From NCBI GenBank assembly GCA_011174845.1, contig DUEW01000102.1:2989-66988 (forward strand): 64,000 bases of DNA. Direction: 5' to 3'. The notes beneath the pieces are model-generated. The model worked only from the letters and a program-made list of their open reading frames with translations, was not told the origin of the DNA and ran no database searches. How positions within the stretch are numbered: position 1 is the stretch's first letter; every line of letters begins with the position of its first letter. The stretch is from Anaerolineae bacterium. GTDB lineage: Bacteria > Chloroflexota > Anaerolineae > Anaerolineales > E44-bin32. Below are positions 1 to 10,083 of this stretch, piece by piece. A program made the position numbers and the translations under genes.

Positions 1-442
1 GGCTACGTTTTGATTGTCGCAGAGAAGCTAATTTGAGCATCTTATGTCCGAACATGAAGATCAGCTCGCGTTTATCTAGCCAGATACTTGGGTCGGATAA
101 TCATTATGAGAAGGAGGTCAAGAATAGTACAAATCGGATATTCGGTGCATCCCTGATAGCGGAGTAATTCCTTGAAGGGTGACTTGAATTAAAAATTCAG
201 CTGGATTAAACGGATTGTGTTCAAGTTAGGGGATTAGGAAATCAAAGACACCGAGCCACTCATTGGGGGGGACCAGGTGAGCAGCGCGTGTGATAGATTG
301 CGGCGGGATTTGGGACTTGTGAAGATACTGGGTATCGATGGCGGCAGGAGGCTCGCTAGCCCCTGGTCTTTTCAATGGACAGAGCTTGCGCCTGATGGGA
401 AGTTATAGATATTAACAAAGGTGCCCAAGGGGCGCAGGTGAT

Positions 443-1033
443 TTGGGCTTCATACACAGCAAAAAATGGATCATGTATATTCTTCCATTATTATTCGGCT
501 TCGCTTTCGACTCGGCCAGCGCCTTCACTGCTGCTTACTCCCAGTGGTGGGGAAATAAGATCGGTAGGTTGGTAAGTTTGGTGCTCAGGAATATTTTGGG
601 CATACCGCTGTGGGTGCTTGGTTTTGCGCTCGCTATCCGGACTCCGTCGGTCCCGCTTTTTCCCGCCACCCCATTAATAGATCTTTTAGGTTGGCTGCTC
701 GTCATTGCGGGCGCGGCTGTGATCCTCTGGGCGCTCCCCGTACTGGGGCGACGAGCCGCGGTACCCGCGATGGGCGACACGCTCGCCGCTGGCGGACCGT
801 ATGCCTATGTACGCCATCCGATCTATAGCGGCACATTGCTCGAGTTTGCAGGTCTCTTTCTTCTGCATGCCACAAGATCCACTATACTTGCTTGCTTTCT
901 TGGGATATCCTGGCTCTTCATCCAGGCAAAGCTAGAAGAAGTGGATTTGCTCGAACGTATTCCATCATATCGTGAGTATATGTATAGGGTGCCGCGTTTC
1001 GTTCCCCGCTTACGGAGAATGCGATCTTGTTAA
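443..1033 (+). CDS. ICMT/phospholipid methyltransferase-family membrane protein
   Basis: Multi-TM ORF. The C-terminal half carries the family signature VRHPIYSGTLLEFAGLFLL followed by EE..L......YREYM.RVPRF. The start is uncertain (TTG 443 or in-frame ATG 473). Confidence 0.7.
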   Translation: MGFIHSKKWIMYILPLLFGFAFDSASAFTAAYSQWWGNKIGRLVSLVLRNILGIPLWVLGFALAIRTPSVPLFPATPLIDLLGWLLVIAGAAVILWALPVLGRRAAVPAMGDTLAAGGPYAYVRHPIYSGTLLEFAGLFLLHATRSTILACFLGISWLFIQAKLEEVDLLERIPSYREYMYRVPRFVPRLRRMRSC

Positions 1034-1168
1034 ATCCATGGGGTGGATATCTGACATCCAGCAACGCGTTGAGTCGCAATTAGATGTCGAGAAATCTTAA
1101 TGATTATTGAAGAACAAAAACGGAATAATGAACGAAGGAAATGACGATACATGATGGGAGGCTCTGAT

Positions 1169-1471
1169 ATGAAGAAGATCTTCGTTCTACTCGTAATTGG
1201 TTTGACAGTACTTTCGATCGCCGGGTGCACCGCTGGTCCGAATGAATTGGTAAATTCCCCCGATGAAGAAGGGAAGGTCGCTGGATTCTGGCAGGGGCTG
1301 TGGCACGGGATCATCTCCCCCATAACATTTATTATTTCACTCTTCTCAAAGACCGTGCACATTTATGAGGTCCATAACAGCGGTGGCTGGTATAACTTCG
1401 GATTCCTGTTAGGTGCTTCTATTATCTTCGGAGGTGGTGGAGGCGGAGCGGCAAGACGCCGTCGTCGATAA
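1169..1471 (+). CDS. Small lipoprotein/membrane protein of unknown function
   Basis: GGGAGG RBS before ATG 1169. Lipobox signal peptide MKKIFVLLVIGLTVLSIAGC, hydrophobic core, and a Gly-run plus RRRRR tail. Confidence 0.6.
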   Translation: MKKIFVLLVIGLTVLSIAGCTAGPNELVNSPDEEGKVAGFWQGLWHGIISPITFIISLFSKTVHIYEVHNSGGWYNFGFLLGASIIFGGGGGGAARRRRR

Positions 1472-1548
1472 ATATTCCACTACCTCAACGCTCGTTGGAA
1501 TTCTGAGTAAATGTTAGGATCTTAGGGCTTGGATAAGTACGGGGGTTC

Positions 1549-1702
1549 CGTCTCGCTGCACTCACGCGACGAATGTCCGATCAAGCTTGACGACCGGTCC
1601 CGCCCAGCCAAGCTGGATGAACGATCCAGTCTGTGCGAGGCGAACGGTCTCGCTGCGCTTGCGGGGCGAATGATCCAGTCAAGCTGGACGAGCGGTCCCG
1701 TC
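1549..1702. repeat. Intergenic direct repeats: two ~55-nt copies plus a partial internal copy
   Basis: 1549-1602 (cgtctcgctgca..gaatgtccgatcaagcttgacgaccggtcccg) and 1646-1700 (ggtctcgctgcg..gaatgatccagtcaagctggacgagcggtcccg) align over most positions. A partial copy, caagctggatgaacgatccagtc, lies at about 1609-1631. Confidence 0.55.
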
Positions 1703-1883
1703 AAATTGGGCATACGGTCTTCGATCCTAGGAAGTACCGGGATCGCAGCTCGAAAGGAGATGTGCGCGTTGTCGATCTCAAGCGTAACAATCCCCTCTTC
1801 CCAGTGCGAAGTCGCTGAGAACCACTAATCATTAGAGGATAAATACGCCATATCAGTAATATGTATGAAATGGAGGATTCGCT

Positions 1884-2594
1884 GTGAAGACAATTGGTCT
1901 CATCGGAGGGATGAGTTGGGAGTCATCGATTGAGTATTATCGCATCATCAATGAGACCGTTCGGGAGAAGCTTGGCGGTCTTCATTCTGCTAAGAGTGTG
2001 ATGTACTCGGTTGATTTTGCTGAGATCGAGGCCTTACAGCATGAGGGAAGATGGGAAGAAGCGACCCGTCAGATGATCAACGCAGCCCACCATGTTGAGC
2101 ATGGTGGAGCCGATTTCCTCATCATTTGTACCAACACGATGCATAGAATGGCCGATGACGTGCAGGAGGCTATCAACATTCCTTTGTTGCATATTGCAGA
2201 TGCCACGGCTGATAATATCAAGGCAAAAGGATTGAGAAAAATTGGGCTATTAGGGACAAGGTTCACGATGGAAGAGGACTTCTATCGCGGACGGCTCGTT
2301 GAGCGGCATGGTTTAGAGGTGCTGATCCCGGATAAGGGTGAAAGGCGGGTTGTTCATCAGGTGATCTATGATGAGTTGGTCATGGGTAAGATCGAGCCGT
2401 CGTCAAGGGTATCCTACAAGGAGATCATCGAAGGGATGATTTTAACGGGGGCTGAAGGCATTATTTTGGGGTGTACAGAGATAGGTCTACTGGTTGGAGC
2501 GAAGGATGTTGCAGTGCCAGTATTTGACACGACGCTCATCCATGCCACGACGGCAGTTGAGTACGCTCTAGGTGAATATTCGCTGGGGAGCTAA
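1884..2594 (+). CDS. Aspartate/glutamate racemase family protein
   Basis: GTG start after a GGAGGA RBS. N-terminal IGLIGGMSWESS and second catalytic-Cys region IILGCTEIGLL are typical of Asp/Glu/hydantoin racemases. Confidence 0.85.
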   Translation: MKTIGLIGGMSWESSIEYYRIINETVREKLGGLHSAKSVMYSVDFAEIEALQHEGRWEEATRQMINAAHHVEHGGADFLIICTNTMHRMADDVQEAINIPLLHIADATADNIKAKGLRKIGLLGTRFTMEEDFYRGRLVERHGLEVLIPDKGERRVVHQVIYDELVMGKIEPSSRVSYKEIIEGMILTGAEGIILGCTEIGLLVGAKDVAVPVFDTTLIHATTAVEYALGEYSLGS

Positions 2595-2822
2595 TCCTCG
2601 TGGGGAGGGCAAGCCACGCATAACTACGCGCTCGTGCGAATCTTGCGGGGCGACCCCTTGCAAACCATTCGCATTGCTTCAATAATCTAGGAAATCTAGT
2701 CGGTTTGCTAATCGAGCCGTTCCCTGGCCTGTCCTGGAAGCATATACTGCCATGGCTCGCAGCCATTAAACGAACATCCGATCAATAACGTAATATCAGT
2801 ATCTCCTGAGGTGAACTTTCAC

Positions 2823-3656
2823 ATGCGAATTCATCATCTAAATTGTGGGACGATCAATGTTCCCGGTGGTGTATCTCTCATAGGGACAGGTGGATTACTA
2901 CGTAGAGCCACTGGGGTTACACACTGTATCTTAGTGGAATCGGGGGATGGTCTCTTGCTTGTCGATACCGGGATTGGTACTCGAGATTGCTTGTCCCCTA
3001 CAATTTTTATGCGTTGGATGTTGGCTATAGGTGGTTCTCCCCGCGATGTTCATGAAACAGCAATTGAACAAGTGAAGCGATTGGGATATGAACCTAGAGA
3101 TGTGCACCACATCACACTCACCCACTTTCATTTCGACCATGCGGGTGGTTTACCTGATTTTCCTCATGCCAAAGTACATATCTATAACAAAGAATATGAG
3201 GCCCTGACCCAGCCAGAGGATATGTACGAACGATATCCGTATCGTTCAGAACATTGGGCGCATAATCCTCGTTGGGTGATCCACGAGTCCGTTGGTGATC
3301 AGTGGTTTGGGTTTGATTGTACGCCTTTGGTGGATCTTGGTTCGATCGCCTTCTTGTTCGTTCCATTACCCGGTCATACGAGAGGAAATTGTGCGGTGGC
3401 GTTACGTTCTCAAGATGGTTGGTTGCTGCATTGTGGGGATACGTATACCTTTCACGGTGAAGTCGATCCTGTCTCGCCTCGTTTGCCTCCATATTCACGC
3501 TCCCTCAGGCATCTTGTGAATTTAAACAAAGCCTTTCGTCGTATTGGTGACCATTCTTCTAGATTGCGGGCATTGATTGTAGAGCATGGAGATGAAGTGG
3601 AATTAACATGTTCACATGATCCCCGTGAGTTTGAAAAATTTTTCGAGCCTACGTGA
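2823..3656 (+). CDS. MBL-fold metallo-hydrolase
   Basis: HxHxDH motif (THFHFDHAGG) and a later PLPGHTRG histidine. ATG 2823 follows GAGGTG; the ORF track begins at GTG 2811. Confidence 0.8.
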   Translation: MRIHHLNCGTINVPGGVSLIGTGGLLRRATGVTHCILVESGDGLLLVDTGIGTRDCLSPTIFMRWMLAIGGSPRDVHETAIEQVKRLGYEPRDVHHITLTHFHFDHAGGLPDFPHAKVHIYNKEYEALTQPEDMYERYPYRSEHWAHNPRWVIHESVGDQWFGFDCTPLVDLGSIAFLFVPLPGHTRGNCAVALRSQDGWLLHCGDTYTFHGEVDPVSPRLPPYSRSLRHLVNLNKAFRRIGDHSSRLRALIVEHGDEVELTCSHDPREFEKFFEPT

Positions 3657-4137
3657 AAATTTAAAAAGACTCCTCGATGAGCATGTTTATGGATCCTTTC
3701 TAATCCCTTCGACATGGTTAACACAGTGTCCAGGTCGCAGCCTGAGCATGGTTGAGAGGCATAGATTGTTGCAGACTATCTTGGTGATGACCTGTGAAGT
3801 CCAGGATTTATGGCTCGGAGTTGTTTGCACATGTTATCTATTAGGACCGAGAGATTGATGCAACCAAGAAAGTAAAATAATATCGATCAACAAGATTTGA
3901 TTTCGAGACTGATCGCTCAGCCTTAAGCTTATAAGATGCTTAAGAGCGCTACAGGTTCTTGCGATCCATCTCTAGCTACTCAGGGCTATCGACGGTTCCT
4001 TTGGTGGGTCCTATCATGAAGCAGAAATAAAAACAATTGGAGGTTGGAGAAATCGTTAGAGACCAGGGCCGAAGTATTTCCAGAGGTAGTGAGATCTCTT
4101 GTTTCGAGTTTATTATCAACCATTTCGAGGAATCAAT

Positions 4138-5070
4138 ATGGACAGCGAAACTCCCGTCATTCGCACCTACGATCTCACCAAGCGTTTTAAAAAACTCACT
4201 GCCGTCAACGAGGTCAACTTTGCTGTAAAGCGTGGGGAAGTTTTCGGCTTCTTGGGTCCCAATGGGGCAGGGAAGACGACGACCATTGCGATGCTGCTAG
4301 GTCTGGTGAGACCTACTGCCGGCAGTGCTGAAGTGCTGGGCCACGACATCCGCCATAATTTGAGCACGGCGCTCCGGAGGGTGGGGGCCATCGTGGAAAC
4401 ACCTGCTTTTTACCCCTATATGAGTGGGATCGACAATTTACGCGTTTTTGCTCGCATCGATGGTGGCGACACCGAGGAGCATATCCCTGCCATTTTGGAA
4501 CAAGTTGGGTTAACGGGGCGTGGCAAAGACAAGGTTGGCACCTATTCGCAGGGAATGCGTCAGCGGTTGGGATTAGGTGCTGCTCTGTTAGGTGACCCCG
4601 AATTACTCATTTTAGACGAGCCGACCAACGGGCTCGATCCGGCAGGTATGCAGGAGATGCGTGTCTTAATCCGATACCTAGCCGACGAGCAGAGCAAGAC
4701 TGTCTTTCTGTCCAGCCATCTCCTACACGAGATCGAGCAAGTTTGTGACCGTGTGCTGATCCTCAATAAGGGACAGGTGATCGCTCAAGGAAAGGTCAAA
4801 GAGCTACTGAGCCAGGCTCACGCTATTGAGCTGCGGATTGAGGGAGCGGAGAGAGCCGCTGAGGTGTTATCCAGACTCGATTGGGTGCAGGGTACAAGCC
4901 GCGAAGGTGGTTGGCTTCATGTCCAGGCACCCCCGGAGCGGACTCCGGAGCTATTGGCTGCTCTGGCGGCGCATTCTCTCTTTCCCTTCGAAGTTCGACC
5001 TGTCGTTTCGACGCTAGAAAGTGTATTCCTCGATCTGACCCATGAGAGCACGGATGGTACGGATGTATAG
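4138..5070 (+). CDS. ABC transporter ATP-binding protein (ABC-2 type exporter)
   Basis: Walker A GPNGAGKTT, signature YSQGMRQRLG, Walker B LLILDEPTNGLD, H-loop SSHLL. ATG 4138 is the likely start within the ORF that opens at 4099. Confidence 0.9.
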   Translation: MDSETPVIRTYDLTKRFKKLTAVNEVNFAVKRGEVFGFLGPNGAGKTTTIAMLLGLVRPTAGSAEVLGHDIRHNLSTALRRVGAIVETPAFYPYMSGIDNLRVFARIDGGDTEEHIPAILEQVGLTGRGKDKVGTYSQGMRQRLGLGAALLGDPELLILDEPTNGLDPAGMQEMRVLIRYLADEQSKTVFLSSHLLHEIEQVCDRVLILNKGQVIAQGKVKELLSQAHAIELRIEGAERAAEVLSRLDWVQGTSREGGWLHVQAPPERTPELLAALAAHSLFPFEVRPVVSTLESVFLDLTHESTDGTDV

Positions 5071-6040
5071 GTTTGTCTTTGCAGAATGGTTAAGGATGCG
5101 ACGACTCCGGCTCACGTGGGTCCTCTTGGCTTTACTTCTTGGCATCCTTGCATTACAAGTCAATGGCATGCTGAGTGAGCTAGAGGGGTTGAAAACTGAA
5201 GTTGAGACTGGTATCTCGTTGTCCGATGATACTCCATTGTCTCCTAACCAAATCGAGGGGAACCTCTTCTTGATCGAACTTCGAGAAAAGGATTTACGCT
5301 ACCCTGCCTTCATCGGTACCGTGGCTCGTCTCTCAACCGGATTCGGTTGGTTTTTTGTCATTCTCTTCACGGTGGTTTTTGGGGGGGAGGATTTCAACCG
5401 ACGGACCCTCCCTGTAATTTTGGCCCGTGGTGTACGACGGAGGGATTACCTGATTGCACGTATCCTGGCATTATGGCTAGCGATGGGGATGGCTGTGGTC
5501 ATCATCATGGTGCTGGCCTCTGCTTGTGGTCCCTATGTTCACATGCAGGTTACTGACGATCCTATCTCGTTGATAGGCTTGGGGGATGCGCTGCTTTGGG
5601 TGCTTCGGTCCTGGTTAACCTGTCTACCCTTCATCGTTGCCGTCCTTTTCTGGGCGGTGTTGGCTCGCAACATGGGACCAGCTTTAGGAGTTGGTATCGG
5701 TCTTCACACATTAGAGTACCTCTATGGGTTGGTGATTCCGTTTCTAGCGGTCGTCTCCGCAAGTGCAGATCTCATTGGTGGAGACGTGCCGTTGATCTAC
5801 CGCTTGCAGATAAAACTGTTTAGCATCACGCTGGGTTACAACGCCGATCTCTTCCTATACTGGGGAGCTCCCTATATGAGGGATCCAATCTTCGTCGCGC
5901 AAACCTTGGGACTAAATGATGTGAGCCTCATGCCCACCACTCCCACATACGCACTGGCATTGTTGTCGGGTTATACAGTCTTATTCTTCGGGTTGACTCT
6001 GTGGCTCCTCCAGCGCCGCGACGTGACATATGGACCGTAA
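5042..6040 (+). CDS. ABC-2 family transporter permease
   Basis: Overlaps the ATPase stop. One N-terminal TM, a large loop, then about 5 TM helices, which is ABC-2 topology. The start could be 5042, 5054 or 5063. Confidence 0.7.
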   Translation: MRARMVRMYRFVFAEWLRMRRLRLTWVLLALLLGILALQVNGMLSELEGLKTEVETGISLSDDTPLSPNQIEGNLFLIELREKDLRYPAFIGTVARLSTGFGWFFVILFTVVFGGEDFNRRTLPVILARGVRRRDYLIARILALWLAMGMAVVIIMVLASACGPYVHMQVTDDPISLIGLGDALLWVLRSWLTCLPFIVAVLFWAVLARNMGPALGVGIGLHTLEYLYGLVIPFLAVVSASADLIGGDVPLIYRLQIKLFSITLGYNADLFLYWGAPYMRDPIFVAQTLGLNDVSLMPTTPTYALALLSGYTVLFFGLTLWLLQRRDVTYGP

Positions 6041-6899
6041 AAGAAACGGAAAGGCGATGGATGCCTTAGCAACACTGGCACGATTGACCCGGATCGAGGT
6101 CCTCAAGTTCTGGCGTAAATCGGTTGCCCGCGCAGTTTTGGAGTTGATGTTCATCGGACCCATTGCAGGGGAAGCCATATTGGCGAGTTTCTCCATTCGT
6201 GATGCAACCTTCCCCCAGATTACTCAATTTCTTTTCTCATCAGACATGCTCATGATGATCGCGTTGATGACCGTAGTGATTTCGGTCATGGCATTGGGTA
6301 ATGATTACGAATTAGGAACGGTGAGCGTCATCCTCAGCCGAGGTGTGGATCGGTACCAATTCATCCTTTCAAAAATTATTGCTTCTGTTGGTGCGGCCTT
6401 TGCCAATGGCCTCGTCTTCATGGTCGCCGCGTTTCTATCGACCTTCGTTGTTCACCTCATGTACAGCGATGTGCCTTTCTTTGAAGCAGCTGGGAAGGAT
6501 ATCCTTCTGCGGTTAATGGGCGCAACGGGAGTGATCGTTCTGGTTAACTTCGTCTTATCTGGGGTCGTGATGCTAGCATTGGTGTTGGGTCGAAGCTCTT
6601 GGGTGGGGATGCTCGCTGGGCTGGGCTATTTCTTTGGGGATTTCATCGTTGGTGGGTTGGGATCTGGGAAGATTCTGGGTGTGGATGACGCGTACCGATA
6701 CACGGTCGCGTACCATGCGATAAGCATAAACGAGCTTTTCTTTCCATCCGACCCATCCGTATCGTTACCGCGGGCCTGGATCGAAGATGGGGTTGCTGAT
6801 CCGGTACACGCGGTGATGGTTTTGCTTCTCTACGGTGCGCTGCTCGCTGTTATCGCAATTCTCCTCTTCCGACGACAGGATTTAACGACAAAAACCTGA
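6030..6899 (+). CDS. ABC-2 family transporter permease (second membrane subunit)
   Basis: Overlaps the previous stop. Multi-TM protein containing the conserved ALGNDYELGT..ILSRGV segment typical of ABC-2 permeases. Confidence 0.7.
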   Translation: MDRKRNGKAMDALATLARLTRIEVLKFWRKSVARAVLELMFIGPIAGEAILASFSIRDATFPQITQFLFSSDMLMMIALMTVVISVMALGNDYELGTVSVILSRGVDRYQFILSKIIASVGAAFANGLVFMVAAFLSTFVVHLMYSDVPFFEAAGKDILLRLMGATGVIVLVNFVLSGVVMLALVLGRSSWVGMLAGLGYFFGDFIVGGLGSGKILGVDDAYRYTVAYHAISINELFFPSDPSVSLPRAWIEDGVADPVHAVMVLLLYGALLAVIAILLFRRQDLTTKT

Positions 6900-7100
6900 C
6901 AAGCTGAAGGTTTACGAACACTTGCTGGAGGGTTGATCAAGTAGATTTCAAGGTGGATACCTAAGTACGTAAAAATCAAGCGAGGGAGATCTACGGCAAC
7001 GCTCCCTTTGGCAGGCTCAGGATTACGTAGACAGCTATTCCGGGAGTCCATGATTTGAGGCCGTTAGGCTGGTCTATGACAAGAGAGACAGGATAAAGAC

Positions 7101-7547
7101 ATGTTCAAAAAAGTGCTTCCTCCCACCTACTTGTTGGTAGCGATAATTCTCATCCTTCTTCTTCACTTCATCTTTCCGATTGCCAACATCATTAAAATCC
7201 CCTGGAATCTAATTGGGTTGTTACCCATAGTTCTTGGAGTAGCGATGAACCTCATCGCTGATAACGCTTACAAGCGCTACCAGACAACAGTTAAACCTTT
7301 TCAGGAATCACACGCATTGATAGCAGATGGCGTGTATCGACTAAGTAGACACCCGATGTATCTTGGCTTTGTCTTGGTACTCATAGGAGTATCACTCTTG
7401 CTGGGTTCCTTCTCCCCATATATCGTCGTGATTGTATTTGCGATCTTGATGGATATCGTATTCATTAGAGTGGAAGAAAGTATGCTCGAAGAGAAGTTTC
7501 AACAAGAGTGGAAGGATTACAAATCGAAAGTCAGAAGATGGATTTGA
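7101..7547 (+). CDS. ICMT-family membrane methyltransferase (paralogue 2)
   Basis: Four TM segments. Contains RLSRHPMYLGFVLVLIG and a C-terminal EE.MLEEKF...W.DYK..VRRW motif. Confidence 0.7.
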   Translation: MFKKVLPPTYLLVAIILILLLHFIFPIANIIKIPWNLIGLLPIVLGVAMNLIADNAYKRYQTTVKPFQESHALIADGVYRLSRHPMYLGFVLVLIGVSLLLGSFSPYIVVIVFAILMDIVFIRVEESMLEEKFQQEWKDYKSKVRRWI

Positions 7548-7683
7548 TTGGTTTTTAGGTAACATCTGAACTTCAAGAACTGTGAAGTTCGTTATGGGAT
7601 TGCATTAACGCTGCTCTACTCGAAATTCATAAGCGAACTCTTTAGTTCTATCGGACACCAATTCTAGATAATCTGAGGAATCT

Positions 7684-8373
7684 ATGACGAAAGAGCATGT
7701 GATGATCTACACAGATGGTGCTTGTGATGGTAATCCTGGTCGGGGTGGATATGGTGTTGTCTTACTGGAAAGGGGATCCGGAAGGGAATTGTCTCGAGGC
7801 TTTCGATTGACAACCAATAATCGAATGGAATTGCTAGCCGCAATTGTAGGGCTCGAAGCATTAGAAGAACCGAGCATAGTAACCCTATATAGTGATTCAA
7901 AGTACCTTATTAATGCGATGAACCAAGGATGGGCAATTGAATGGAAGGACGTGGGATGGGTGCGTAAAGATGGGAAACGAGTGCCAAACGCTGATCTTTG
8001 GGCGAAGCTGTTGACGCTGATTGAACAGCATGAGGTCACATTCGAGTGGGTTAAAGGACATTCTGGTATTCGTGACAATGAAAGAGCGGACAGACTTTCA
8101 TACGCTGCCATTGAAAACGAAGACCTATCGGAAGATGAAGGATATATTGAACGATTAGAAGTGGAAAAAGAGGCTCCATCCAAGATTACAGAAGAAGGCC
8201 AGCCCTGCAGAAAATGTGGAACACCAGTTGTCAAGAAGACGCCTAAGAGCAAGCGCAAACCACATCAGGCCTATTATTATGAATACTATTTGTATTGTCC
8301 TGGTTGCGAGACAAGGTATATGGTTGAGGATGCTAAGCGATATTTCAATCAGGGTACATTATTTAATAGCTGA
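7684..8373 (+). CDS. rnhA: Ribonuclease HI with a C-terminal zinc-ribbon extension
   Basis: The DEDD catalytic set is readable (YTDGAC.GNPG, TNNRMEL, YSDSKY, GHSG..DNERADRL). An ~80-aa tail carries CRKCG...CPGC. Confidence 0.85.
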   Translation: MTKEHVMIYTDGACDGNPGRGGYGVVLLERGSGRELSRGFRLTTNNRMELLAAIVGLEALEEPSIVTLYSDSKYLINAMNQGWAIEWKDVGWVRKDGKRVPNADLWAKLLTLIEQHEVTFEWVKGHSGIRDNERADRLSYAAIENEDLSEDEGYIERLEVEKEAPSKITEEGQPCRKCGTPVVKKTPKSKRKPHQAYYYEYYLYCPGCETRYMVEDAKRYFNQGTLFNS

Positions 8374-8411
8374 ATACGTGGAATCGTTCAGGGGATCCTT
8401 TTAACGATCAC

Positions 8412-9914
8412 ATGGGGATGTGCGACGTGAAGAAGACAACGATCGTGGATAAAGCCTTTCTCATCATCCTTGCCCTTTCCTTAGCGACCTGTTCCTCACC
8501 TGTCCCTCCAACAGAGCGAGATCTCGGATCCATCTCGACACCCACGACGGAATCGGTCTCGCCTGTTGAAAAAGTAGCTTCACCAACTACAGAATCCCCT
8601 CCACAGATGGAAGGTGAATTCGCGGACGTGGTTTTCATGAACGGAGTCGTACTCACCATGGAGTTGGATCCATCACAAGCTCAAGCTATCGCGATTCGTG
8701 GTGAACAGATATCAGCGGTAGGTAATGATGAGGAAGTAAGCCAATGGATTGGTCCCAATACGCGCGTCATCGATCTGCAGGGCTACACACTCATGCCAGG
8801 TTTCGTTGATGGTCACAACCATCTATTCTCCCAATCACAATTCCCTGATCAGGGTATGTGGGACGTGCAAGACCTGGCCCTTTCATTTGGGGTCACAACT
8901 TCAGCCGAGGCGGGCGTGGATGCTCAGCTACTGGATCAAATACTGAAGGTCGATCAGGACGGAGAGCTGCGTTTGCGAGCCAGTCTGTACCTCCTGCACG
9001 CAACAAGTTGTGGCGAGGATTTAGGCTTCTGGTATCAAGATCACCCGCCATCGCGACCGGAGGGGGCGAAACTGCACATCTCAGGGATCAAGGTCTTTAC
9101 TGACGGAGGCTCCTGCAACCGACCGGCTGTCAGCTTCGAATATGTAGGAGAGGGGCACGGAGACTTGTATTTCTCCCAGGAGGAATTGAATCAGATCGTT
9201 ATGGATGCGCAGGGGAGAGGTTACCAGGTCGCTATTCACGCGCTCGGTGATCGGGCCGTTGAGCAGTCGCAAAATGCCATCGAGGCTGCGCTGGATGGAT
9301 CACCGAATACACCTCGCCACCGTATCGAACACAACGCTTTGGTCCGTCCTGACCTTGTCTCTCGCTATACTGAGATCGGCGTCGTTGCAATGATCTTCGG
9401 TAAGTTCCCGGCATGCTTCTTCGTGGGTGATACATCTAAATTCAAGTATTTGACGCCACCAGAATACATTTCCTGGGAGTGGCCCTATCGTACGCTGATC
9501 GATGAAAATCCCGGTTTGCATTTCGCCTGGCATTCAGACTATCCGGTATTCTCCTCCATCAATCCCATGGAGCATCTATATGGCATGGTCACCCGAAAAG
9601 AGGTCAGCGAGGACGGTGTTACGATATGTGAGCCCCTGGATTGGGCGATCGACGATCGCTTGAGCGTGGAGGAAGCGCTGCGCTTTATGACCATTGAATC
9701 GGCATACAGCCTGTTCCGAGAAGAGGAAGTGGGAAGCCTGAAGCCGGGCAAGTACGCTGACATGATCGTGTTATCCGCAAACCCCCTTTCAGTAACACCG
9801 GATTCGCTGAAGGGCATTCAGGTCTGGATGACCATGGTGAGTGGACGAGTCGAGTATTGCTCTAGTGAACAGCAGTGGATCTGTCCACCCAGTGGGGGAG
9901 GCGAAGAGGATTAG
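8412..9914 (+). CDS. Amidohydrolase-family (Amidohydro_3-like) secreted lipoprotein
   Basis: Lipobox LSLATCSS plus a Pro/Thr/Glu linker. Metal-binding motifs GFVDGHNHL, AIHALGDRA and WHSDYPV. Confidence 0.8.
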   Translation: MGMCDVKKTTIVDKAFLIILALSLATCSSPVPPTERDLGSISTPTTESVSPVEKVASPTTESPPQMEGEFADVVFMNGVVLTMELDPSQAQAIAIRGEQISAVGNDEEVSQWIGPNTRVIDLQGYTLMPGFVDGHNHLFSQSQFPDQGMWDVQDLALSFGVTTSAEAGVDAQLLDQILKVDQDGELRLRASLYLLHATSCGEDLGFWYQDHPPSRPEGAKLHISGIKVFTDGGSCNRPAVSFEYVGEGHGDLYFSQEELNQIVMDAQGRGYQVAIHALGDRAVEQSQNAIEAALDGSPNTPRHRIEHNALVRPDLVSRYTEIGVVAMIFGKFPACFFVGDTSKFKYLTPPEYISWEWPYRTLIDENPGLHFAWHSDYPVFSSINPMEHLYGMVTRKEVSEDGVTICEPLDWAIDDRLSVEEALRFMTIESAYSLFREEEVGSLKPGKYADMIVLSANPLSVTPDSLKGIQVWMTMVSGRVEYCSSEQQWICPPSGGGEED

Positions 9915-10083
9915 GGGGATCTTGTACTTTGTTTTGATAGGATTTTGGACTAAGTCATCGGGGATGAGTTCACCCCTCGCGGTTCTCATGTCAAACGACT
10001 TGTTTAACGAAATTTATTCCGAACCAAATTGAGAACTTAAGATAGGAAACTCGGTGCCGTTCGGGTAAAGGCTTTTTTCGCTA

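Noticed and set aside
1-442. Possible gene fragment or riboswitch at the window start
   Set aside because: Frame 1 is open only to a TGA at 34-36, about 11 codons, which is too short to call. All three minus-strand frames carry frequent stops across 1-262. I saw no convincing riboswitch core; the gagccact stretch does not extend to a B12 box.
1529-1828. ORFs of 99, 63 and 61 aa in the 1.5-1.8 kb gap
   Set aside because: They overlap on both strands, are built from the direct repeats, and lack RBS and sensible composition.
7707-8258. 183-aa antisense ORF inside rnhA, with similar shadow ORFs at 29300-29878, 39568-40092, 51078-51524 and 54014-54475
   Set aside because: Each lies entirely antisense to a gene with strong family motifs. 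Their composition is Ser/Arg/Pro-rich and low-complexity, typical of shadow frames.
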